A stretch of 64,000 nucleotides of DNA from Shigella phage Shfl2: sequence record HM035025. One strand, given 5' to 3'. This document shows positions 50,187 through 59,363 of the stretch, one piece after another. Under the pieces are notes generated by a model. That model did not search any database and was not told the origin of the DNA. It was given only the letters and a program-made list of their open reading frames with translations. Both the position numbers and the translations under genes were made by a program. Position 1 is the first letter of the stretch, and each line of letters opens with the position of its first letter.

Positions 50187-51155
50187 TTATTTCAGAAGAG
50201 TAACTTCAGCGATTTCTTCCCAACCGTTTTTGTCGGTCATAATAAAGTCAGCAAGATAAAGAGCAGTACGCAGTGAAACATTGCGTAAACGATTAACATT
50301 AACTTTCATCCATGATAATGCTTTATAAGTTTCTTCATCAGAAAGACCGCGCTTTTGCATCATGTCAGTTGAAAGAATAACATCTTCAACCCTGACCATA
50401 ATTTCTTCATTAGTGTGAACACCCAAATCTAAATAAACTGAGCGGGACACTAATGCTTGTAAGTGTGGAGCAAGTTTAGTACCACGGTCTAATTCGCGGT
50501 CAATGTCAACGTTTGTGATAAAAACAATCGTTCCTTTAAATTCAAACTCACGGTCAATGCCTTTTTCTTCTAAGTAAGAAGATGCAGTGCTCCAGCAGAC
50601 TTTACGGGTCTCTCCGGTGTCCAGAGCGGCTTTTAGAAGATTAAGAATGTCCATATCAGAGAAAACATCCACATCATCAATCAAAAGGACAGAATTCTCT
50701 TCACGATTATTCCAAAGCTGCTCATAAAGACCAATACCAGAGATTTTACCATTAATGCTTTTATATTCAATGTATCCAATATCATTTGCTTTATTTAAAG
50801 CTTTATCTAAAGAATACGTTTTACCAATACCTGCTGCGCCAGAGATAATCAATGAACGAATATTTCCGTTAATAATACCATTCGTCATCATTCCCATAAC
50901 ATTAAATCTTTTATTAATGCGGGTTTTCATATCTTCATACGATTCTTTAACTTCTTCAACTTTTACACCATCATATGAAATATCTGATTTGTAAACCCAA
51001 ACACCGCGACGTTTACCGTCAATTTCAACAAAAACTTTACCATCTCCTTGTGCATCTACCGGAGCATTATCTGGGAACCATTCGCCTAAGAGCTCAAAAG
51101 TTCCAGAGATTTCTTTACCGAAGTAGATACCCTTATTGATAGTTACAGTTTTCAT
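50187..51155 (-). CDS. P-loop NTPase, AAA+-like
   Basis: Start at MKTVTINKG (322 aa); Walker A GAAGIGKTY, Walker B VLLIDDVD, sensor-1-like IVFITN. Confidence 0.6.
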   Translation of the reverse strand: MKTVTINKGIYFGKEISGTFELLGEWFPDNAPVDAQGDGKVFVEIDGKRRGVWVYKSDISYDGVKVEEVKESYEDMKTRINKRFNVMGMMTNGIINGNIRSLIISGAAGIGKTYSLDKALNKANDIGYIEYKSINGKISGIGLYEQLWNNREENSVLLIDDVDVFSDMDILNLLKAALDTGETRKVCWSTASSYLEEKGIDREFEFKGTIVFITNVDIDRELDRGTKLAPHLQALVSRSVYLDLGVHTNEEIMVRVEDVILSTDMMQKRGLSDEETYKALSWMKVNVNRLRNVSLRTALYLADFIMTDKNGWEEIAEVTLLK

Positions 51156-51262
51156 TTTATTCTCCAAATCCGTATCAGTTGATAGTTGTATAGTACCATC
51201 CAAATCCGTATCAGTTGATAGTTGTATAGTACCATAAAGCTTTATGCCTGTAAACCGTTTTG
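51148..51262 (-). repeat. promoter/5'UTR cassette with internal tandem duplication (2 x 36 nt)
   Basis: CCAAATCCGTATCAGTTGATAGTTGTATAGTACCAT occurs at 51164-51199 and 51200-51235 and again at 25321-25356; gtaaac -35 at 51251-51256. Confidence 0.75.
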
Positions 51263-51279
51263 TGAAAAATTTTTAAAAT

Positions 51280-51302
51280 AAAAAGGGAGCCCGAAGGCTC
51301 CC
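51280..51302 (-). terminator. intrinsic terminator
   Basis: GGGAGCC-UUCG-GGCUCCC hairpin followed by a U-run on the minus-strand RNA. Confidence 0.6.
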
Positions 51303-51304
51303 TA

Positions 51305-52318
51305 TCATTTATAATAACTTCGGTGGTTTTCAAGATAAACCCTCTCAAGGAAGTCATCCCAGAAACCCATGTCTACTTTTTGCTGCATACCGTTCTTAGA
51401 AGCTTCAATAGATGCTGCTTCTACTTGATCGACCACATCTTCCAAAAACTCTTGAACAGTTTTAAATGGGTGTTTACCCAGCTTCACGTCGAGAATAAAT
51501 GGAGCGTCTTGAAGTGGATAGACTAAGTCACCAGTTTTGTAAATTTCCAATAGTTGGAGTCCACCACGACAAGCATGGCTCAGAGCTTTCCAGTCAATAC
51601 CTTCATTCGCTTCAGCCTTACGAGCACGTTCACCATATTCAGCATCTAATTTGTTCAGTGACTGCTTAAGCTCAATAAGAGAAAGCGTTGTCTGATATTT
51701 ACGACCCAATACAGTGTAGAACGTTTGTGGACCTGTTTTCTCATGATTATGGAACACCCATTCACAGAATTCGTTTTCTGGAAGACGATTCTTAATATCT
51801 TCAACTTTAGTGCGACGCTGCTTAATAGAACCATCTTCTTGGTAATCAACCCATTGCTCAGGGATTTGATTAACTACTTTCAATACATCGCGTAATGCAG
51901 CCAAACGAGAACCCTTGACACCGTATTTAGAAGCTTGCTTGCGGACATATCCTAAATAGGATTTCATGTTAGTCGTATAAAAACGAGAACGGTTGTCTTG
52001 AATAAACTTCCACACATCAGGCAAATCAGATTTAACCACTAGTTCAGGCGGAGTGTGAAGCATATCCAATGCTACAGTTTCACCATCTGCTGCTAATTTA
52101 AAGAAATACTTAAGACTGTATAGTTCATGGTCAATATCATCTTTAGTGTTTTTAGATGATGTGTTGTTAGTGTTTTTACTCATGTGCTCTTTAACATTTC
52201 CGATAAGAATATCGCGAGCAGGAGGAACAAAAATTTCTTTAAAATCTACATCAGATTCTGGGGTAGAAGTTCCATAAAGATGACTACCAAAATAGCTTTT
52301 CATTACTGTTTTCATCAT
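51305..52318 (-). CDS. Pol-beta-superfamily nucleotidyltransferase-like protein
   Basis: 337 aa; N-terminal FGSHLYGTSTPESDVDF fits the hG[GS]-x9-13-DhD NTase signature, with a possible third acidic residue in ALDMLH. Confidence 0.5.
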   Translation of the reverse strand: MMKTVMKSYFGSHLYGTSTPESDVDFKEIFVPPARDILIGNVKEHMSKNTNNTSSKNTKDDIDHELYSLKYFFKLAADGETVALDMLHTPPELVVKSDLPDVWKFIQDNRSRFYTTNMKSYLGYVRKQASKYGVKGSRLAALRDVLKVVNQIPEQWVDYQEDGSIKQRRTKVEDIKNRLPENEFCEWVFHNHEKTGPQTFYTVLGRKYQTTLSLIELKQSLNKLDAEYGERARKAEANEGIDWKALSHACRGGLQLLEIYKTGDLVYPLQDAPFILDVKLGKHPFKTVQEFLEDVVDQVEAASIEASKNGMQQKVDMGFWDDFLERVYLENHRSYYK

Positions 52319-52776
52319 TCAGCCTTATATTCAATAACAGGACATACTTTAGCTTTACGAGCTTTTAAAAATTCGACGATAATAGATTTCTTGGGTTGAA
52401 TAGGAGGTAAACCTTTATACGCCCTATCAATATTTTCTACGTGTAAAGCATAATCCTTTTTCCATTTATAATCTTTATATTTTTCACGCAAATGTGCAGG
52501 AATAACAAATGAACCGATAATAAGTAAAACAACCAAAAGCGCAAGTATAAATGCCGATGGAAGAAGAGTCCATAAACTACCGAAAATAATCCAACGCTGT
52601 AGGCTTTCTGCACAAATAATTGTTAACCCTACGAGTATAGCACACCCAAAAATAGAAACGAAAAATGTAGGTATGGCAATAGACCAAAAATATGCGCATA
52701 GTGTCTTAGGTCGTTGCCATTCATCGTTAAACAATTTGAATAATTTATAGTGCCAAGAGTTTTCATTAATAATCAT
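52315..52776 (-). CDS. integral membrane protein
   Basis: 153 aa; two or three hydrophobic helices. Confidence 0.5.
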   Translation of the reverse strand: MIINENSWHYKLFKLFNDEWQRPKTLCAYFWSIAIPTFFVSIFGCAILVGLTIICAESLQRWIIFGSLWTLLPSAFILALLVVLLIIGSFVIPAHLREKYKDYKWKKDYALHVENIDRAYKGLPPIQPKKSIIVEFLKARKAKVCPVIEYKAE

Positions 52777-52778
52777 AA

Positions 52779-53300
52779 TTATCCTTTCATTGAAGGCGTA
52801 ACAGTTGTTAAATACTTAATCATAGCTTCAGCTTCTGATTTTGATAATGAAATTTCTCCATTGTTTTGACGAATAGAAATAAAATCCGGATGACGGTCAC
52901 CACCAGCTTTTAAAATACACATATAAGTATCAGTTTCATCTTCAATATCTGAAATGATTGAAGCAGTTCCGCATGAATGTGGTTTTTGATAAATCAATGC
53001 AGCTTTTCTTCCACCGTTTGACTGTTCATAAACTTTTAACACATCAAACAAATCACTTCTTTTATCAATAGCTAAAATGTTATTTTCATCTTCAATGTTA
53101 AATCCTTCGGATACTTCATAAAGTGTTACCCATAAATCACCAATGTCAATAACAGCATTTACGTTTCCACGGCTTTCAAGAGTATGACAAATTTTCTTGA
53201 TTTCATCATAACTCATTTTAATAATATCATCTCCTTGAATAAGGAAGATGTCATTTTTAAATTCAACGCGAATTAAACCGCTTCCACTTGAAATAAACAT
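52779..53300 (-). CDS. hypothetical protein, paralog pair member
   Basis: 173 aa; C-terminus ISLSKSEAEAMIKYLTTVTPSM matches the next ORF. Confidence 0.45.
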   Translation of the reverse strand: MFISSGSGLIRVEFKNDIFLIQGDDIIKMSYDEIKKICHTLESRGNVNAVIDIGDLWVTLYEVSEGFNIEDENNILAIDKRSDLFDVLKVYEQSNGGRKAALIYQKPHSCGTASIISDIEDETDTYMCILKAGGDRHPDFISIRQNNGEISLSKSEAEAMIKYLTTVTPSMKG

Positions 53301-53306
53301 ATTTCC

Positions 53307-53864
53307 TCACTTTGAAATCATAGTTGGAATAACAGAATCAAGATAAGTCTTTAGTGCAATAGCTTCGTCTTTGTTTAATGTAATGATATGTGATCGAAAA
53401 TCGTCAATTTGACGAATAGATACTACATCTCCCTCTTCATAGCATTTTGACACATTTAAAATAGTTTCATCATTCTGATTACAGGAGTTAGTAATAATAG
53501 CATTACATTTTTTAAACCATTTTAAATTATGTTTTCTTTTAGTAGAATCATAAAAATATTTAATGTTAGTTATAAAATTATCCCAATTATTAATTGATAA
53601 GCACATTGACTCGCTTTTAATATTAAATCCTGGGCATGAAGAATAAAAATGAATTTTATGCTCATCATTAATGTTTACAATTTTATCAGTGTAAGCATAT
53701 TCAATTTGGGTTAAACGAACAATTTCACTAGGCGTAAAATATAACATATCATCTTCTTGCGTCAAACGATACATGTTATTTACTTTTTCGATCGCTAATT
53801 CACCAAAAAGCACACTATCTTCTAATACTAATCGTTTCATATTGATTCTCTTCGACTCACTCAC
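53307..53864 (-). CDS. hypothetical protein, paralog pair member
   Basis: 185 aa; C-terminus ITLNKDEAIALKTYLDSVIPTM. Confidence 0.45.
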   Translation of the reverse strand: MSESKRINMKRLVLEDSVLFGELAIEKVNNMYRLTQEDDMLYFTPSEIVRLTQIEYAYTDKIVNINDEHKIHFYSSCPGFNIKSESMCLSINNWDNFITNIKYFYDSTKRKHNLKWFKKCNAIITNSCNQNDETILNVSKCYEEGDVVSIRQIDDFRSHIITLNKDEAIALKTYLDSVIPTMISK

Positions 53865-54194
53865 AATTACATACTCCTTTGAATAATATCAATAATGTTG
53901 TTCACCAGATTATAAGTAAACATCGGGTGATAATATTGAATCATCACATACACAACAAACAAAATTTTCATTCTCTTCTCCTTGGCAGTTGACAAGATTA
54001 CTATACCATAACCTTGCCAACTTGTAAACCATTAAATGACGTTTTCAATAAAATTCTGAAGCTTTGTGTGAGCATCAACCATGATTTTCATTTCTTCCTT
54101 TGCGAAAGCTGTACCTCTTTCTCGAGCAGAATACTCATAGTCAGAAACTGCATTAGCATATTCTTCAATTAGCTTCATTAAAAACATCTGCTTT

Positions 54195-54389
54195 TCAGTT
54201 TTCATTATTCCACCTAATCATTTCAAGATATTGAACTAACTTAGCTTTGGATTTATCCAAATCCTTTTTAGCTGCTTCTATACCATCGTACGAATATCCT
54301 TCACAATGCTCAACTGCCAATTGGTATGAATCTATTTCAATATCACGTGCTAATTTAATGATCTTTTCAAACTGTTCACGTGTTAGCAT
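54195..54389 (-). CDS. hypothetical small protein
   Basis: 64 aa ORF. Confidence 0.35.
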   Translation of the reverse strand: MLTREQFEKIIKLARDIEIDSYQLAVEHCEGYSYDGIEAAKKDLDKSKAKLVQYLEMIRWNNEN

Positions 54390-54391
54390 AC

Positions 54392-54631
54392 TTAAACTCT
54401 CGTATTATGATCGATAATTTCATCAAGAAACATATCTAAAGCTTCTACAGCATTATCAACTTTAGCTTCAAGTTCTTCAGCGCCTTTATTTGCAATGCCT
54501 GCCGAAAACCAAGCAAAGTCACTAAGTTCCTCGTCTGCTTTGCGAATTAAAGCTACCAATTCTTTAATTTTATCTGCTTGTTCGATACTAATCATTATTC
54601 CACCACATATGAAAGAGAGAATATTGCACAC
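54392..54631 (-). CDS. hypothetical small acidic protein
   Basis: 79 aa ORF. Confidence 0.35.
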
Positions 54632-54783
54632 GCCATGTGAGTTGCAACTTCATCACACATATTATAACGTTTCTTAAGAAGTTCTACAAGTTCTTCACTA
54701 GTAACTTCATCCATGTCGACGAAAAAATCACCATTAATGATGACGTAGATATTTCCTTCTTGATTGAGTGCTTCAATTTTCAT
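54595..54783 (-). CDS. hypothetical small protein carried on a promoter cassette
   Basis: Start at [11 protein letters not shown] (62 aa); the track's extension is translation of the cassette leader. Confidence 0.4.
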
Positions 54784-54841
54784 GATGTTCTCCTCTTTAT
54801 CCGATAGTTGTATAGTACCACAGCTCAAACGGAAAGTAAAC
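54781..54841 (-). repeat. repeated early-promoter/5'UTR cassette, copy
   Basis: gtaaac -35 at 54836-54841 and shared gatagttgtatagtacca block. Confidence 0.6.
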
Positions 54842-54851
54842 CGGTAAAATG

Positions 54852-54874
54852 AAAAAAGTCTCCCGAAGGAGACT
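54852..54874 (-). terminator. intrinsic terminator
   Basis: AGUCUCC-UUCG-GGAGACU hairpin followed by a U-run on the minus-strand RNA. Confidence 0.6.
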
Positions 54875-54878
54875 AATG

Positions 54879-55265
54879 TTATTCGAGGGAAAGAAGATAT
54901 TTACTCTGGTAAAACATTCCAGTAATATCATCTATCGTGCTTTGAATGGCTGGAGGCATTTCTTTATAAATGCTGTTAGATTGGTCTAGTATACGATCAA
55001 TCATTTTAATTGTGTCGGTAGGAAGTTTACTAGCATCTGGAATTGAAGGTGTGTATTTTCTACCAGAATACCCCAAATATTGCTCACCAAATTTATCAAT
55101 CAAATCTGGCAACTCAGAGAAAATAAAATCGTATGCTTTGTGTCTAGCATAACTTTTAGTTTCAAAATGTGCAGAATGAAAATAAGCTTGTGCAGCCATT
55201 AATAAACCTAAGTATTCATCTGCCTTTGAAGGTTTTCCACTTTGTGAAAAGTCGCTGAATTTCAT
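54879..55265 (-). CDS. hypothetical protein (rI.-1 position)
   Basis: 128 aa directly downstream of rI. Confidence 0.45.
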
Positions 55266-55555
55266 TCAGTCTCCAATTTAATGTTCATAATTCTAGCGTA
55301 TGATTGTGCCATCTCCGCGCCTCGCTCTATACATTCAAAATCAGAAGAGCACGGGTCATTTTTATAGGTCGTTCTCATAAAACTATAGAATTGTTCAGAC
55401 GATTCTACGCTTTTATTTTCAAAAAGTGTATAAACGTGCCTAATACCAGATTCCATAAATTTATCAAAATGAGGATCGACATTCGCTTCAATCGGTGGAG
55501 ATAAAGCAAATGCTAATCCTAGCATGGCAAATAGTGCCGTTGCTTTTAAGGCCAT
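55262..55555 (-). CDS. rI: lysis inhibition regulator RI
   Basis: 97 aa; MALKATALFAMLGLAFALSPPIEANVDPHFDKFMESGIRHVY... as T4 RI with SAR-type N-terminus. Confidence 0.85.
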   Translation of the reverse strand: MALKATALFAMLGLAFALSPPIEANVDPHFDKFMESGIRHVYTLFENKSVESSEQFYSFMRTTYKNDPCSSDFECIERGAEMAQSYARIMNIKLETE

Positions 55556-55567
55556 AAAGGCCTCCTA

Positions 55568-55780
55568 TCATTTTTGTCCTGTATTTACTTTATGCCGATG
55601 CACGGCCTTAACTTTATCAAGGTATTTTTCAAAATTTCGCAATCTAGTATAGTCTGCCGGAGATTGGTTGAGTGATACTTCTCGACGCAAAGCTGAAATG
55701 ATATTTCCAACTTCCCTACGAATTTCATCTAATTGAAGCACAGTAAGATTGCGAAGTTGCTTTTCAGTTAATTGTAGCAT
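55568..55780 (-). CDS. hypothetical small protein (rI.1 position)
   Basis: 70 aa ORF. Confidence 0.45.
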
Positions 55781-55805
55781 ATATACCCCTTTAGTTAGAT
55801 AAATC

Positions 55806-55813
55806 TATTTATA
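55806..55813 (-). promoter_or_regulatory. late promoter TATAAATA upstream of rI.1/rI
   Basis: Exact TATAAATA on the minus strand between tk and rI.1. Confidence 0.5.
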
Positions 55814-55822
55814 ACTTTTGCA

Positions 55823-56404
55823 CTAACCGAGCTTTTTAGTTAATTCATTCCAATGTTTTCTACACAAAGAAACATAAATTTCATCACCAATACAGATTTG
55901 ATTACCTTCTTTAACTGGTGTTCCATCTTCCATTAATCGAGCTGTCATAATCGCTTTTTTACCGCAATGACAAACTGCCTTCAGTTCAATAAGTTTATCT
56001 GCAATCGCCAAAAGTTCTTTAGAACCTTCAAACAATTTTCCAGCGAAATCAGTCCTTAATCCATAAGCCATAACAGGAACATTATATGTATCAACAATTC
56101 GACTCAATTGATGCACCTGTTCAGTTTTTAAAAATTGGGCTTCATCTACAAATACGCAATGAATATCTTTTTGTGCTTCAGCCCATTTATAGAACTCGAA
56201 AATATCCATATCATCTGTAATAATATTCGCTTCCTGTTTAATTCCAATGCGAGAAACGACTTCACAGACAGAATCGCGAGTATCAATAGCAGGCTTAAGA
56301 ACTAATACACTCATTCCACGTTCTTTATAATTATGCGCAGCAGTTAAAAGAGAAGCAGATTTTCCAGCATTCATTGCTGCATAAGTAAAAATTAAACTCG
56401 CCAT
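55823..56404 (-). CDS. tk: thymidine kinase
   Basis: 193 aa; Walker A AMNAGKS; C-terminal zinc-binding Cys cluster. Confidence 0.93.
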   Translation of the reverse strand: MASLIFTYAAMNAGKSASLLTAAHNYKERGMSVLVLKPAIDTRDSVCEVVSRIGIKQEANIITDDMDIFEFYKWAEAQKDIHCVFVDEAQFLKTEQVHQLSRIVDTYNVPVMAYGLRTDFAGKLFEGSKELLAIADKLIELKAVCHCGKKAIMTARLMEDGTPVKEGNQICIGDEIYVSLCRKHWNELTKKLG

Positions 56405-56413
56405 ATCACCTTC

Positions 56414-56599
56414 TTAAAGCGTATTCACATAAGCTATTAATTCGTTTTCTTTCTTATCAAACCGATCAGCAAATTCTTCTTGCTGTTCGGGAGATAGCGG
56501 GCCGTATTCATCATAAAAGGTGTTTGCTTCTGTATGCTCATCTAGAAGTTCATGGATAAGCTCAAACAATTTATCTTTTTGTTCTTTACTCAGACTCAT
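56414..56599 (-). CDS. hypothetical small acidic protein
   Basis: 61 aa ORF. Confidence 0.4.
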   Translation of the reverse strand: MSLSKEQKDKLFELIHELLDEHTEANTFYDEYGPLSPEQQEEFADRFDKKENELIAYVNTL

Positions 56600-56765
56600 A
56601 TATTAATTTCCAGGAGTTTTAAAATAATTCGCTTTTGCTTAAATATTTCCATAGTTAAATGACCAGTATCTTTTTGACCGATTCCAATGGCAAAACCTTT
56701 ATTAACAGCGAGTTCAATTAAATTATCAAGCTCACGTAACACTTCGTATTGTAACTCAAAACTAT

Positions 56766-56993
56766 TCATTTTGGTTTACCTTCTTTAACGAAATCAGGAT
56801 AAGGATAAAATCCTGAATAAAATCCTTCACCTTTATGATTGATGCATCCTTTATTAGAACAATAGCACCAATAATCGAAATCACAAGCCATTTCATCGTT
56901 GCATAAAGCAAAAACAACCGGCCACTTACACTTTTCACAATGAGCATTTTTAAGAATACTAGTTTGGCTCATAACCATGTAACCTTTAAACAA
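56766..56993 (-). CDS. Cys-rich small protein
   Basis: 75 aa with about 10 Cys (CEKC, CNDEMAC, CYC, GC); the overlapping ORF 56762..56947 is judged an alternate frame. Confidence 0.4.
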   Translation of the reverse strand: MFKGYMVMSQTSILKNAHCEKCKWPVVFALCNDEMACDFDYWCYCSNKGCINHKGEGFYSGFYPYPDFVKEGKPK

Positions 56994-57181
56994 TATTCTT
57001 CTACGTGCTGTTTACGACCTTTCTTATCAATAAAGGTATATTCAACGAATGTTCCAATATAGTCTTTATCTACATCATGAGGACTATTAATTGGGCATTT
57101 AGTACGGCAAATGCGTTCCCATTGACGAATAATTTCTGCTTTGTTTTTAGGATCAAACGGATGTGGGTAATGTACTTTCAT
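56969..57181 (-). CDS. hypothetical small protein
   Basis: 70 aa ORF. Confidence 0.4.
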   Translation of the reverse strand: MKVHYPHPFDPKNKAEIIRQWERICRTKCPINSPHDVDKDYIGTFVEYTFIDKKGRKQHVEEYCLKVTWL

Positions 57182-57632
57182 AATCCACCACTATTAAATC
57201 AATATCAGGAGTAAACATGTCGATTAATTTAGAAACCTTATCCCAATCACCGCCAGCAATACCACAACCTATGCGTGGAATGTAAATTACTGGTTTAAAC
57301 AAAAGGGTCTCTGCCTGTAGATTTAATTCTATCATGCAGTTTACTAAAGCACCATAATCAAGATTAGGACCCGGTTCGTATTGCGTATACAGGTTATAGC
57401 ACATACTAAATCCTGTAGGATTATGTTTAAAAACAATAGACATATCGCCTAATTTATCACGAGAACCATATTCAGTAGTGGTTTTATCTATTTCTAAAAT
57501 TTTAGGATAGGCCCTTGCTAATTGACCCGCTACACCTGAACCCATAGTATGAAAACAATTGCACCCGTGCGCAATAATATTACCTTGAAGAAATAGGGCG
57601 ACAATATCGCCCTTGATATATTTTACAATCAT
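57153..57632 (-). CDS. macrodomain protein, TARG1/DarG-like (putative ADP-ribose hydrolase)
   Basis: 159 aa; KGDIVALFLQGNIIAHGCNCFHTMGSGVAGQL and PRIGCGIAGGDW resemble the two signature segments of TARG1-type macrodomains. Confidence 0.55.
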   Translation of the reverse strand: MIVKYIKGDIVALFLQGNIIAHGCNCFHTMGSGVAGQLARAYPKILEIDKTTTEYGSRDKLGDMSIVFKHNPTGFSMCYNLYTQYEPGPNLDYGALVNCMIELNLQAETLLFKPVIYIPRIGCGIAGGDWDKVSKLIDMFTPDIDLIVVDYESTLPTSV

Positions 57633-57976
57633 CTAGTACTCAATCCTCGATTATAAGAATCTACTAAACGGTCAACCATTGAATGACAAGCGGCTTTATC
57701 TTTCTCCTCCGCAACTGAACATTCTAAGGTATTCCACTTTTTAGCATATCGTTTTAACAATGTATCATTTTTATATCTACTTGATTTATCTCTTTCTCCG
57801 TCTTTATATGCATATATTAATTTCTGCGCAAATTCAGCTTGGCATGCTTTATTTTTCCCACAATAATCTGCCGCAGTGCGGTTTACATATTCTCTAATTT
57901 CAGTATATGATGTATCTGCTGACGCATAAGCAGAAAATGAAATTAATCCTATACATAAAACCAAAATTTTAGTCAT
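57629..57976 (-). CDS. small secreted protein
   Basis: 115 aa; signal peptide MTKILVLCIGLISFSAYASA; four Cys in the mature part. Confidence 0.45.
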   Translation of the reverse strand: MTKILVLCIGLISFSAYASADTSYTEIREYVNRTAADYCGKNKACQAEFAQKLIYAYKDGERDKSSRYKNDTLLKRYAKKWNTLECSVAEEKDKAACHSMVDRLVDSYNRGLSTR

Positions 57977-58514
57977 TTACTATTTCCAAAAGTTTATTAT
58001 TTTTAAGGTAGTTAGCCTTTTCTAGGACTTCAGAAGCATATTTAGAACCTGCTTTAACATTCCATCCCGAATTATAAGAGGATATTGCTTTTCTTATATC
58101 GCCCTTATGTATATTTAACCAATAAGAAAGTTCAATGTACGCCCAGGAAGCTGAATTGGATCGTTTATTCAACATTCTTTTTATTTCAGCATCGGTCATA
58201 TTATAACCAAGTTCCTTAACTCTTGCTCGCATAGTAGGCAAATAATTTTGGAACATTCCATAAGCGTGATGCTTTGGTTTAGATTTTAAATTAACTCCGC
58301 CAGAGCTTTCTTGCCATAAAATAGCAGCCATTATATGACCTAATCCGCTCTTGTGGATATTTTTATGTGTTTTATATTTTCCATCCTTAGAAAATTGTTC
58401 CCCGAATTGATACGCGTAACGCATGTTATCGAGTTGGACATTACTGAAAGTATGCTCGGAGCTATGTGCCATCATTGAAATGGCCAATAGACCAGCGAGT
58501 AGTGCTTTTCTCAT
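57969..58514 (-). CDS. secreted lytic transglycosylase-like protein (SLT domain)
   Basis: 181 aa; signal peptide; ...WQESSGG...AYGMFQ resembles the SLT catalytic E-S and GLMQ motifs. Confidence 0.5.
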   Translation of the reverse strand: MRKALLAGLLAISMMAHSSEHTFSNVQLDNMRYAYQFGEQFSKDGKYKTHKNIHKSGLGHIMAAILWQESSGGVNLKSKPKHHAYGMFQNYLPTMRARVKELGYNMTDAEIKRMLNKRSNSASWAYIELSYWLNIHKGDIRKAISSYNSGWNVKAGSKYASEVLEKANYLKNNKLLEIVND

Positions 58515-58521
58515 GCTTACC

Positions 58522-58983
58522 TCATTGAGTTTTAATTACTGCTTTAGAAGCCTTTCCTGGTAAACGACGACTATTGATAATTGCCATCCTGCACTGAAGT
58601 GACGGGTCTTTGAACTTCGCATTAGGTTTACAAACTGTAAATCCAAGCCAAAGATTTCCATCTGTGATTTCTAAACGTCCAGGACGATATTCAACCCCAT
58701 CAATAAAATCCTCGTCAATGTCAGGACGCGGAGGCATACTTAGGAATTCATTAACTTCTAAAACATGGTCTTTTATTTTATGGAATAATTCAAAAACGTA
58801 TGTCTCATCAATCTCCCGTTGAATTGCGCGATCAAGAAGATGTTGAGAATATTTTAGATGAAACGATGAGACTCCTGCTGCTTTTGATGCCTCACGAATC
58901 TCATTGTTGATTTGACGAAACTCCGACTCAAAGTGACGACGAAGCTTATTTCGACGGATAAAAACTTCTGTGTTGATAGTCAT
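58522..58983 (-). CDS. regB: RegB endoribonuclease
   Basis: 153 aa; MTINTEVFIRRNKLRRHFESEFRQINNEIRE... as T4 RegB. Confidence 0.88.
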   Translation of the reverse strand: MTINTEVFIRRNKLRRHFESEFRQINNEIREASKAAGVSSFHLKYSQHLLDRAIQREIDETYVFELFHKIKDHVLEVNEFLSMPPRPDIDEDFIDGVEYRPGRLEITDGNLWLGFTVCKPNAKFKDPSLQCRMAIINSRRLPGKASKAVIKTQ

Positions 58984-59042
58984 GTTATTCTCCTCTTAAC
59001 TGATAGAAAAATTATACCACAGTCAAGAGGAAAAGTAAACAA

Positions 59043-59363
59043 TTATTCTTTAAATCTAATCAATTTATTCATAGACTTTGAAACTTCTGCACGAACCTCA
59101 TGTAGGTTTTTGAGTTGCTCAAGACGCTGCTCATAGTAAGCAATTTCATCTTCTTCGAGACAGTCCTGTGAATCTTCTTTAAGATAGCGTGCATAATCCT
59201 GGAAAGCGTTACGGACTACTTCCTGGAAGTCATCAAGACTTTGAATTTTCTTAGGAGCAACAGATACACGACGAGGGGCAGTATAATACTCATAACCAAA
59301 CCCTGCGCTTAATTGAGCCATTAATATTTTTCCTCTGGTTGGAACACAGCACGACAAGCCCAC
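59043..59363 (-). CDS. hypothetical protein
   Basis: 106 aa ORF. Confidence 0.4.
   Translation of the reverse strand: MGLSCCVPTRGKILMAQLSAGFGYEYYTAPRRVSVAPKKIQSLDDFQEVVRNAFQDYARYLKEDSQDCLEEDEIAYYEQRLEQLKNLHEVRAEVSKSMNKLIRFKE

Noticed and set aside
49195-51203. N-terminal extensions containing CGTIQLS / DGTIQLSTDTD in track ORFs at 49195..49782, 50187..51203 and 54595..54828
   Set aside because: These residues are the translated promoter/leader cassette (GGTACTATACAACTATCAACT); the real starts are the downstream ATGs after the GGAG SD.
4046-54874. Possibility that the recurring GGGCCGAAGCCC-type hairpins form a CRISPR array
   Set aside because: They are dispersed at gene ends rather than regularly spaced with unique spacers, and each is a self-complementary stem-loop; they look like terminators.
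56762-56947. 61 aa minus-strand ORF overlapping the Cys-rich ORF
   Set aside because: Alternate frame of 56766..56993; hydrophobic low-complexity translation; the Cys-rich frame is the more protein-like.
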